Assembly (NCBI GenBank): GCA_902525795.1
Contig: CABZIT010000001.1
Coordinates: forward strand, 19,458 to 83,457
DNA: 64,000 nt
DNA from: an uncultured Bacteroidota bacterium
Lineage (GTDB): Bacteria > Bacteroidota > Bacteroidia > Flavobacteriales > Flavobacteriaceae
Direction: 5' to 3'
Shown here one piece after another: positions 27,042-35,563 of this stretch. The first letter of the stretch is position 1. Each line of letters opens with the position of its first letter. A program made the position numbers and the translations under genes. The notes below the pieces were generated by a model. The model did not search any database. It saw nothing but the letters and a program-made list of their open reading frames with translations, and was not told the origin of the DNA.

Positions 27042-28544
27042 ATGGTTGCTTCACTATTCCTAAGGCTCGTAGCAAGAATAACTGCTTTTAACATCAAAAC
27101 CTGGTCATTAAGCCCTATTCGAACACAAGAAAAACAATTTAAATACTTGATAAAGAAGGCAAAAAGGACATCTTTTGGCTTAGATCATAATTTTCAAGAA
27201 ATTACATCGTATAAGGATTTTGTTAAAAATGTTCCTGTAAGGCAATATGAAGGAATAAAACCATATATTGAAAGGGTAAAAAAGGGAGAAGGAAATATCT
27301 TATGGCCTGGAAAACCAATTTATTTTGCACTTACTTCAGGCACTACATCCGGATCAAAGTACATACCAATAACAAAAGATAGTTTAAAAAACCATCTGAA
27401 TGGAGCAAAAAACGCTATTTTAAATTATGTTGCTCAAACTAAAAAAACCAGCTTCATTAAAGGAAAATTTATTTTTATTCAGGGCTCCCCATTATTAGAC
27501 AAAATTTCAGAGATTTCAATAGGCAGACTTTCAGGAATCTCCGCTCATCACATACCTTTTTACATGCAATCTAAGATGCTCCCCTCTTGGGAAACAAATA
27601 TTGTTGAGGATTGGGAAAGCAAGTTGGAGCGAATTATCGATGAAACCATTGACAAGGATATGACAATTATAAGCGGCATACCATCATGGGTGCAAATGTA
27701 TTTTGAAAAGATTGTAGAAAAGAAACAAAAGAAAATTGGCACTATATTTCAAAACTTTAAACTGTTTATCTACGGAGGGGTTAATTACAAACCCTATGAG
27801 AAAAAATTCAAATCTTTGATTGGAAGAAAAATTGATAGCATTGAGTTGTTTCCTGCAAGCGAAGGTTTTTATGCTTTTCAAGACAAACAAGAATCCAAAG
27901 AGCTTTTACTTATTCTCAATGACGGGATTTTTTATGAATTTATAGAACAAAAAAAATTTTATTCTAATATTTTTGATAGAATTTCAATTGCAGAAGTCTG
28001 TTTGAACACAAACTATGTCTTAATAGTTAGTACTACTGCGGGCCTTTGGGCATATAACACAGGGGACACAATAAAGTTTACATCATTGAAGCCATACAGG
28101 GTTGTTGTCACAGGACGTGTTGCACAATTTTTATCAGCATTTGGAGAGCACGTTATTGTAAAAGAAGTTGAGCTAGCTGTTGAAGAGGCGTGCGTCAAAA
28201 CTGGCGAAACTGTAAATGAATTTACTGTTGCTCCAAAATTTAAAAAGGGAAGTGAAATGGCTCGTCATGAGTGGTTTGTTGAGTTTGCTCAAGAAAATCC
28301 AGACATCCAAACTTTTCAAAGAAATATTGATATGGCGCTTCAAAAACAAAACAAGTATTACCAGGATTTAGTTTCTGGAAAAATTATTGCGCCAGCAAAG
28401 GTTAATATTGTAAAAAAGGGCGGATTCAATAAATACATGAAATCAATTGGAAAACTAGGTGGGCAGAATAAGATTCCAAAAATTTCAAATAATAGAAAGG
28501 TAGCAGATAAGCTAAATAAACTAAATTTGATAATGATAAATTAA
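27042..28544 (+). CDS. GH3 (auxin-responsive promoter) family protein, ANL-like adenylating enzyme homologue
   Basis: About 500 aa, with the nucleotide-binding segment FALTSGTTSGSKYIP and YNTGD..., and the overall GH3 layout common in Bacteroidetes. Confidence 0.75.
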   Translation: MVASLFLRLVARITAFNIKTWSLSPIRTQEKQFKYLIKKAKRTSFGLDHNFQEITSYKDFVKNVPVRQYEGIKPYIERVKKGEGNILWPGKPIYFALTSGTTSGSKYIPITKDSLKNHLNGAKNAILNYVAQTKKTSFIKGKFIFIQGSPLLDKISEISIGRLSGISAHHIPFYMQSKMLPSWETNIVEDWESKLERIIDETIDKDMTIISGIPSWVQMYFEKIVEKKQKKIGTIFQNFKLFIYGGVNYKPYEKKFKSLIGRKIDSIELFPASEGFYAFQDKQESKELLLILNDGIFYEFIEQKKFYSNIFDRISIAEVCLNTNYVLIVSTTAGLWAYNTGDTIKFTSLKPYRVVVTGRVAQFLSAFGEHVIVKEVELAVEEACVKTGETVNEFTVAPKFKKGSEMARHEWFVEFAQENPDIQTFQRNIDMALQKQNKYYQDLVSGKIIAPAKVNIVKKGGFNKYMKSIGKLGGQNKIPKISNNRKVADKLNKLNLIMIN

Positions 28545-28578
28545 AATATCTTTCGAATAATTTCGTTAAAAAAGTATT

Positions 28579-29544
28579 ATGAAAAAAAATAAAACATCAG
28601 ACCATCAAGAAGAAATTGACGTTTTTAGATTCTTAAAACTAATATCTCAGTTTGTAGGAAGCATCATTAAAAAGACGATGAAACTAGTTTTTGAGATCTT
28701 TGCAAAATGGAAGATTTTACTTGTAATTACTGTTATTGCATACATATTAGGAATAGTTTACGAGAATAAAAATGAATATCAACCAGAAAAAGAAGGCAGT
28801 ATTTTAGTGAATCTAAATCACGGATCTAGTATATATTTTTATAATTCTATTGATTTATTACAGAAAAAAATATCATCAGGAGATATAAGTTTTTTTAGCG
28901 AAAAATTACAATTTAACAGTGAAGAGGTGCTTTTAGAAATTTACGTTGAGCCTATTATCAGTTCCAAAGGGTTTTTTGAATTATTTGAGGATCACAATCA
29001 AATGAAAGTACTTATTAATAATACAAACAACCTAGATGAGACAATTAAGTATAATATAAAACAACACAAAATATCTTTTTTACTTTCCAATGGCTCATCA
29101 GTAGCCACAGTTGACAAAATTATGAGATATTTATCTTCTAACCCTATATATAAATCGATCTCAAACACATATGTTCAAGAGACTCTTAATAAAATAGAGG
29201 AAAACAATAAAACTATTCGTCAAATTAACAAGCTTGTTGAAAAATATTCTGCTGAAAATCTTGAAAAAGGAAGAAACTCTCAAATATACGTTGATGGGCA
29301 AACAGAAAATGTGTCCGACATTTTAAATATAAAATTAAGATTAATTGACAATATCACTGAGTCAAAGACTGATTTGATTGTGGAATCCAATTCTGTTTTT
29401 AGATACGATGATGAAGTTGCACTAATTCCGAAGAAAAAAATATTTGGTAAAAAAACAGTTTTATTTCCATCAATCGCCATTTTTACATTTATTTTCTTCT
29501 ATCTTTCTAGAAAGAGCTTTTTGAATTTTCGGAAAATTGTTTAA
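28579..29544 (+). CDS. Putative polysaccharide co-polymerase (Wzz-like chain-length determinant), divergent
   Basis: Topology only: an N-terminal EEIDVFRFLKLI segment and TM1 (aa ~45-62). A ~230-aa Asn/Lys-rich helical ectodomain follows, then a C-terminal TM (VLFPSIAIFTFIFFYL). It is the first gene of the Wzx/Wzy cluster. Confidence 0.4.
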   Translation: MKKNKTSDHQEEIDVFRFLKLISQFVGSIIKKTMKLVFEIFAKWKILLVITVIAYILGIVYENKNEYQPEKEGSILVNLNHGSSIYFYNSIDLLQKKISSGDISFFSEKLQFNSEEVLLEIYVEPIISSKGFFELFEDHNQMKVLINNTNNLDETIKYNIKQHKISFLLSNGSSVATVDKIMRYLSSNPIYKSISNTYVQETLNKIEENNKTIRQINKLVEKYSAENLEKGRNSQIYVDGQTENVSDILNIKLRLIDNITESKTDLIVESNSVFRYDDEVALIPKKKIFGKKTVLFPSIAIFTFIFFYLSRKSFLNFRKIV

Positions 29545-29574
29545 ATCAAAGGGTTTTAGCACAAGCTTAAATTC

Positions 29575-30957
29575 ATGAAAAAAACAATTAATACATTATT
29601 TTACTATGCTGTTGGAACGTTTGGTTCAAAAGTAATTTATTTTTTACTTGTACCCTTTTATTCCTTTTTTTTAAGCAAGTCGGACTTAGGACTTTATGAC
29701 ATAATTTTAGCATCTCTAACCATACTCACGCCAATAATTACAATTCAGGTTTCAGATGCGGTCTATAGAGAGCTTCACGACCCAAAAAAACAAAGTTTAA
29801 AGTCAGCAAAAGCTTTTAGCTCAGGCCTTTCAGTTATTTTTTTCGGACTATTAATTTTTGTGTTTATTGCATTTATTTTTAATAATCTTTTTGCAAACAA
29901 AATTTTTTTTGAGCTAGTTTTAATACAAAGTTCATTTACCCTTTACATTTTTTTTCAGCAAAGTTTACGAGGACTTTCATTGAATAAAGAATATGCCCTC
30001 ATGGGAACCATAAACGCTTTTTTACTTATATTATTTTCAATAATACTTATTTACTTTTCCACAATAGAATTAAGAAATATTATTCTGGCAATTGCGTGTG
30101 CACAGTTCATCAGCATCATATTTGCCATATATAAAATTAATTTTTTCAAATTATTTGAAATTAAAAATATAAGTAAAGCAAAAGTGTACGAACTGATTAA
30201 TTATTCTTTCCCGCTGTTACCAAACACACTAAGCTGGTGGCTAATCGACTTAGGAAGCAGATATATAATATTGTTATTTATCGGAATTGAGGAAAATGGC
30301 CTCTATGCAGTTGCCGCAAGATATGCGGGGATCATTGCTTTGGTAAATTCCATATTTATTTTAAGCTGGCAAGACTATGTCATAAATTCAAAATCCAAAA
30401 TTTCGTTAAATACAAATTATTTTTCATCATATTTAAACTTCTTTATTGCATTTCAAATTGGGTTGGTAATTTTGTTAACCTCGTTTTCAAATGAGTTAAT
30501 TTATTTCACAACTCCAGCCGATTTTCACAATGCAGCGAAGTATTTGCCAATTCTTTTAATTTCTTCAGCATTTGCATCATTTTGCGGTTTTTATGGGGCA
30601 TTTTATTTGAAGGAAAAGAGGACAAAAAAAATTTTTACCACTACCCTTATTGGATCAATAATTAATATTGCATTTTGTATTGCCCTTATAAATTATTTAG
30701 GTTTATATGCTGTTGCTGTAGCTTCTTTTGTTGGGTTTTTAATTACTTTTCTCTTAAGATCTAGAGATTTTGAACTGAAAGTTGATGTTAAGAATTTTGC
30801 CTTTCTTTTACTGGGCTATAGCTCAGTTTTTTATATTACACAGTTCACAGAAAGCACAAATCTTAGGATTATTTTTATTGCTGTTGCGCTAATTTCTTTT
30901 ATTTTGATAAATATTAATATTTATCAAAAATTATTTCTTAAAAACATAGGGCGTTGA
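29575..30957 (+). CDS. wzx: Oligosaccharide flippase (Wzx, MOP/PST family)
   Basis: A 460-aa protein with ~12-14 TM segments. It shows the typical PST layout (FYYAVGTFGSKVIYFLLVPFYS; mid-protein YSFPLLPNTLSWWLI). Confidence 0.75.
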   Translation: MKKTINTLFYYAVGTFGSKVIYFLLVPFYSFFLSKSDLGLYDIILASLTILTPIITIQVSDAVYRELHDPKKQSLKSAKAFSSGLSVIFFGLLIFVFIAFIFNNLFANKIFFELVLIQSSFTLYIFFQQSLRGLSLNKEYALMGTINAFLLILFSIILIYFSTIELRNIILAIACAQFISIIFAIYKINFFKLFEIKNISKAKVYELINYSFPLLPNTLSWWLIDLGSRYIILLFIGIEENGLYAVAARYAGIIALVNSIFILSWQDYVINSKSKISLNTNYFSSYLNFFIAFQIGLVILLTSFSNELIYFTTPADFHNAAKYLPILLISSAFASFCGFYGAFYLKEKRTKKIFTTTLIGSIINIAFCIALINYLGLYAVAVASFVGFLITFLLRSRDFELKVDVKNFAFLLLGYSSVFYITQFTESTNLRIIFIAVALISFILININIYQKLFLKNIGR

Positions 30958-31982
30958 GAAAATTAGATTTAGCTATAGTTAAGCACACAGGAACTAATTA
31001 TGGTTTAGTAAATATAGGAGACTATATTCAGATATGTGCCGCAGAGCAATTTATGCCTAGTATAAATCTAACAATTGAAAGAGACCAGCTGAACCAAGGT
31101 TTAAAAAACAAAACATTAATAATTTTAAATGGCTGGTTTACAAATCAACCAGACAATTGGCCTCCAAATAAAAATCTTTGTCCTTTGTTTGTCTCTTTTC
31201 ACCTGCAACCAGACAGTGCAAAAAAAATTCTATCAAAACAACTGAATATTAATTATTTTAAGAAACACCAGCCGGTGGGATGTAGAGATTATAAAACTGT
31301 AACAATGCTACAAGAGAAGGGTATTAAGGCATATTTTAGTTATTGCCTTACTTCTACTCTTGATATTAAATACAAATCAATAAAAAAAAGAAAAGGAGTT
31401 TGTATTGTAGACCCACTATACAGTCAAGACATAGGAATTATAAAAAAATTTAGCTTGAAAAAGTTGATTTTTTCACCGCCTTTTAAAAAGTTGTTTAAAC
31501 TCAAGGATGTCGTTTTTCCTAAATCAAAAATAGAAGATTTTATTCCTAAAGATGTTATCATTCGCTCAGAAAAAATTGAACATTATATCAATGGAGAAAC
31601 GGATCATAATGTCTTAATGAGTCTTGCTAAAAACCTTTTGAATAAATATGCAGGTGCAAAACTTGTCATTACATCACGAATTCACTGCGCAATCCCATGT
31701 TTATCACTTGGAACTCCAGTCCTGTTTATTTTAAAAGGATTAAGCGATGAAGACCAACATATGTCTAGATTTAGAGGGATTCTTGATCACATAAATATTC
31801 TCACATTGCAAAATAAAGAAGAATTAAACACTCTTTTTGGAAAAAAAATGAATTGTTATCATCCAAATGAAATTGATTGGGATAACCCTCCCAAAAACCC
31901 TCTCACATTTAAAAAACTTGCAGAAGATTTAAAGAAAAAATGTTACGAATACATAAGTCACCAGCATAATGCAGTTAAGTAA
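30954..31982 (+). CDS. Polysaccharide pyruvyl transferase family protein
   Basis: N-terminal GTNYGLVNIGDYIQ and C-terminal VITSRIHCAIPCLSLGTPVLFI match the PS_pyruv_trans (CsaB/WcaK-like) signatures. TTGA overlap with wzx. Confidence 0.7.
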   Translation: MRKLDLAIVKHTGTNYGLVNIGDYIQICAAEQFMPSINLTIERDQLNQGLKNKTLIILNGWFTNQPDNWPPNKNLCPLFVSFHLQPDSAKKILSKQLNINYFKKHQPVGCRDYKTVTMLQEKGIKAYFSYCLTSTLDIKYKSIKKRKGVCIVDPLYSQDIGIIKKFSLKKLIFSPPFKKLFKLKDVVFPKSKIEDFIPKDVIIRSEKIEHYINGETDHNVLMSLAKNLLNKYAGAKLVITSRIHCAIPCLSLGTPVLFILKGLSDEDQHMSRFRGILDHINILTLQNKEELNTLFGKKMNCYHPNEIDWDNPPKNPLTFKKLAEDLKKKCYEYISHQHNAVK

Positions 31983-33027
31983 AAATCAAATTCTATTTAT
32001 AACAATTGCATTTATGTCGATTGTCCTTGGTGTGTTTGCACACCAATTTTTACCTGAAAAATATTATTATGATGCGGTTCTTATTGCTACAGACCCTTAT
32101 AATCAGAAGGGCTTTATAAATAGTTATCCTGTGGCCATGATGTTCTATGACACCTTTTTTTTAAATAAATTGCCTTATCCGATTCTTGCAATCTTTCAGC
32201 TCTTAATAATTTTTTATTGTTTTTATCGGATGTCTATACCCAAAAATTTCACCAAACTTTATTTATCTAATATTTTAATTTGGTCAGCGCTAATTGCGTT
32301 ATCAATATACATTTCTATGCCGTCAAAAGAGTTTATTAATATTCTCTTTATTTTTTTAATAGCATTTATTTTCAAATCAATACAACTTAGGCAAAAGATA
32401 AAAATCACTATTATTTTAGTTTTATTTGTTTTGTTTGGGCTGTGGTATAGAATTTACTTTATAATGATCCCGGTTTTAGCTGTGACGTCTTTTTTGGTGT
32501 TTAGATTAAAAATTAGAAAGAAGATTATTACCTCAATATTTGTTTCATTAATAGCTGCAATTTTTATGTCTCTAAGTTATGCTATTGTTTCTGGGGAGTA
32601 CATGTCCGAGAGCACTAGAGAAGAACTTAATGAAAAAAGGAAGGGAAGACAAGACTCACAAACGTTAATTTTATCTCCAGTTAAGACTAACAGTCCAATT
32701 GGGGAAGCTGTAGGAATTATGTACGGGTATGTTACTGTAAACCTACCTTTTCAATCTCTTATCAAATTCTATTATAAGCCACAAGTAATACTTTTTTCAA
32801 TATGGCAAATTCTATTATTTTATGTATTAATAATTAAATTTAATAAAGCAAGGGAAGAATCTACCTCTGCCTATGATGAGCGGTTATGGTTGTTTCATAT
32901 TGTATTTTCTTATTTTGTAATTCAGGGCGTTTTTGAGCCTGACCTTGGGTCTTCTATTAGACATAAGTTTGGTGTATTGCCCATAATATATCAAGCAATC
33001 TTTTACACAAGATTATATGGCAAGTAA
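31969..33027 (+). CDS. Polytopic membrane protein of unknown family (possible EpsG/Wzy-like polymerase)
   Basis: About 9-10 TM segments with one charged loop (ESTREELNEKRKGRQDSQ). Its position is between the pyruvyl transferase and the O-antigen-ligase-like gene. No catalytic motif recognised. Confidence 0.35.
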   Translation: MQLSKNQILFITIAFMSIVLGVFAHQFLPEKYYYDAVLIATDPYNQKGFINSYPVAMMFYDTFFLNKLPYPILAIFQLLIIFYCFYRMSIPKNFTKLYLSNILIWSALIALSIYISMPSKEFINILFIFLIAFIFKSIQLRQKIKITIILVLFVLFGLWYRIYFIMIPVLAVTSFLVFRLKIRKKIITSIFVSLIAAIFMSLSYAIVSGEYMSESTREELNEKRKGRQDSQTLILSPVKTNSPIGEAVGIMYGYVTVNLPFQSLIKFYYKPQVILFSIWQILLFYVLIIKFNKAREESTSAYDERLWLFHIVFSYFVIQGVFEPDLGSSIRHKFGVLPIIYQAIFYTRLYGK

Positions 33028-34300
33028 ATTAGAAAAATTTGTTAAGTCTTTTTCAAAAGAGGACCTATTCTATCTTATGGTTGCTCTATATGCTTCAACG
33101 ATAATTTTTAATGAATTTTCAAAGTTTTTCTTATGGTTCTTTGGGATTATTTTTTTAATGTTTTACTCAAAGGTTCATATACATAGATCAAAAGTGATCT
33201 TGGCTTTTATTATCCCAGTTGCTTTACACGTATTGTTTTTTTGGAATAACGAAAGCCTCATACAATCAATAAAGCAGCTTGAAAAATTTACTGTTTTCTT
33301 AGTTTTTCCACTAATTTTTATTTACCAGAGCAGATCCATTAATATTAGAAAATTACTGGCTTATTATTCATCAATTTTTTCGACTATTCTTTTTCTTTTT
33401 TTTATATACTACCTGTGTGTCAATTTTATTGATTTTAAAGGATATGTTTTAGGAAAAGATGTTTGGAAAATGGGATACACATTTTCTAATTTCCTTGGGA
33501 CACATGCTCCTCGCTTTAATATGCACGTGTCATTTTTATCTTTTGTAAACCTCTATTTAGTAACGAACACAGTTTTAAGTAAAAACAAAGATTCCTCCCT
33601 ATTTGTTAGGGTTTTTTGCCTAGCAAGCTCTTTATTTGTTATGCTAATTATTAATACAAGGATTGCGATTGCTGTTTTTGCTGTAGGCTCAATATCATAC
33701 GTAGCTTATACTTTTTTTGTAAAGAGGCTTGCAGCTAAAAAGATTTTCTTAATTTCTGCCATTCTTGGAATTATATCCATCATCTTTTTACTCACATTCC
33801 CATATACTCTGGAAAAATTTCAAAAGAAGACCTTTAATCAAATGGATATGATTGGAAAACTGGATCTAATTGATCAACCTGAGGAAAAGATATATAATTC
33901 ATTGGTTACAAGATTAACAGTTTGGTCAGTAGTGCTTGATATGTCAAGAAAAAAACCAATCACAGGGTATGGCTACACAAATTGTTATGCTTTATTGTTT
34001 AAAGAATATAAAGACAGCAATCAACGATTTTTACTAAAGTACAAGTTTAAAGTTCATAACCAATTTTTAGACTATTTATTAAAGTTTGGTTATTTAGGCG
34101 CTTTGCTTTTGATTATATTTTTTGCGAATAAATTTTTCATTGCCTTTAAAACAAGATCAGCAGTGTTTCTATATTTTTGCGTTCTATTTTTAGCCGCTAA
34201 TTTATTTGATGATTTATTGAGAATCTATGATGGCATAGCATTTTGCGCTTTTTGGACATCAGTTTTCATTAAAAACTATTTAGAAGTGAGAAGCAAATGA
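33017..34300 (+). CDS. O-antigen ligase / Wzy-family polymerase-like membrane protein
   Basis: A 427-aa polytopic protein. An NTRIAIAVFAVG segment, a large external loop, then VHNQFLDYLLKFGYLGALLL (the H-N-x-F/Y-L motif of the Wzy_C/O-antigen ligase domain). Confidence 0.65.
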   Translation: MASKLEKFVKSFSKEDLFYLMVALYASTIIFNEFSKFFLWFFGIIFLMFYSKVHIHRSKVILAFIIPVALHVLFFWNNESLIQSIKQLEKFTVFLVFPLIFIYQSRSINIRKLLAYYSSIFSTILFLFFIYYLCVNFIDFKGYVLGKDVWKMGYTFSNFLGTHAPRFNMHVSFLSFVNLYLVTNTVLSKNKDSSLFVRVFCLASSLFVMLIINTRIAIAVFAVGSISYVAYTFFVKRLAAKKIFLISAILGIISIIFLLTFPYTLEKFQKKTFNQMDMIGKLDLIDQPEEKIYNSLVTRLTVWSVVLDMSRKKPITGYGYTNCYALLFKEYKDSNQRFLLKYKFKVHNQFLDYLLKFGYLGALLLIIFFANKFFIAFKTRSAVFLYFCVLFLAANLFDDLLRIYDGIAFCAFWTSVFIKNYLEVRSK

Positions 34301-35427
34301 AAAAGAAAATTAAAGTTCTTCACATATTAAATTTGGTTGGGGGCGTTGAAATTTGTTTTAGACAGATTTGCGAGAATATCGATACGTCTATTATTGAAAC
34401 ATGTATTGTCTGTCAAAAACTTGTAAATAAATCTAAGCTTGTAACATCAAAAGGAGAAGAGATAATATCTTTTTCAATTCCTATTGCAAGAGAGATTAAT
34501 CCTATTTTTGACTTATTCTCAATTATTAAACTTATTTTTTTAATAAATAAAACTAAACCGGACGTTATCCACGCACACAGTGCAAAAGCTGGGGTAATTG
34601 CAAGAATTGCATCTTTCTTTTTTAAAATAAAGGTCCTATACACCCCGCATGCCTTTTCTTATTTAAGTGCAAACTCTAAATTCAAGAGATTTCTGTTTCT
34701 GATTGTAGAGAAGATCTTACGAACAAAAAATACAATTGTTTTAGCAACTTCAAACTCAGAAAAAAATCAGGCAATTCATACTGTTGGTTTCGATCAAAAA
34801 AAGGTTTTTGTGCTGCAAAATGCTATTAATTTAAAAACAATAGCAGAGGATAAGGTTTTAGAAAAAACTCTAAAAGGCAAAACATACATTTGTACAGTTG
34901 GCAGACCTTCCTTTCAAAAAAATTTGGAAATGTTAATAAGAGCCTTTGAAATAGTAGTTCAAAATAACAACAGGGTTCATTTATTTATTATAGGAGCGGG
35001 AGAGTATAGCCCAAGAAAAGATAAAATTATTAATATGGTTAATAATAAAAAACTAAATGCCAGGATAACTATACTTCCTTGGATTTCAAGAAAGAAAGTG
35101 CAAACATATATTAAAAACGCCAAGCTATATGTTTCCTCCTCAAGATATGAAGGAATGCCATACTCTGTCATTGAAAGCATGGCTCTTTCTACACCCTCTG
35201 TGTTAACCAATACTGACGGAAATAGAGACCTGGTAATTAACAAAAAATCCGGCTTTTTGGTAGATATTTGTGATGATGTGCAAATGGCAAATAAAATTAC
35301 TACTCTTCTAAATGATACTAAGTTGAGGAATAAGTTTGGATTGCAGGCTAACAGGCTTTTTATGCAAAATCATCTGCTCTCCGACTACTTGAAAAAACTT
35401 ACTACACATTATCAAAAAAACATTTAA
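34297..35427 (+). CDS. Glycosyltransferase family 4 (GT-B fold)
   Basis: N-terminal LNLVGGVE and HAHSAKAG; C-terminal SRYEGMPYSVIESMALSTPSV (EX7E motif). ATGA overlap upstream. Confidence 0.85.
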   Translation: MKKKIKVLHILNLVGGVEICFRQICENIDTSIIETCIVCQKLVNKSKLVTSKGEEIISFSIPIAREINPIFDLFSIIKLIFLINKTKPDVIHAHSAKAGVIARIASFFFKIKVLYTPHAFSYLSANSKFKRFLFLIVEKILRTKNTIVLATSNSEKNQAIHTVGFDQKKVFVLQNAINLKTIAEDKVLEKTLKGKTYICTVGRPSFQKNLEMLIRAFEIVVQNNNRVHLFIIGAGEYSPRKDKIINMVNNKKLNARITILPWISRKKVQTYIKNAKLYVSSSRYEGMPYSVIESMALSTPSVLTNTDGNRDLVINKKSGFLVDICDDVQMANKITTLLNDTKLRNKFGLQANRLFMQNHLLSDYLKKLTTHYQKNI

Positions 35428-35563
35428 ACAATGTTCTTTTTGCATAGTAGTTGATCACAATTACTTTCATAATTAAAAAATAAAATAATGTAATAATATG
35501 AGATTAAAAGCGTTATCATTGTATCTTCAAAATACAACTAACTTAGAAAAGAGAATTTAAAGA

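Noticed and set aside
34565-34573. DnaA-box-like 9-mers (TTATCCACG at 34565, TGTGGATAT at 26751, TGTGGATTA at 41284)
   Set aside because: Each has one mismatch to TTATCCACA. All are isolated, lie inside coding sequence and are tens of kb apart, so they are not a cluster. None lies in the AT-rich spacer, so they give no support for an origin.
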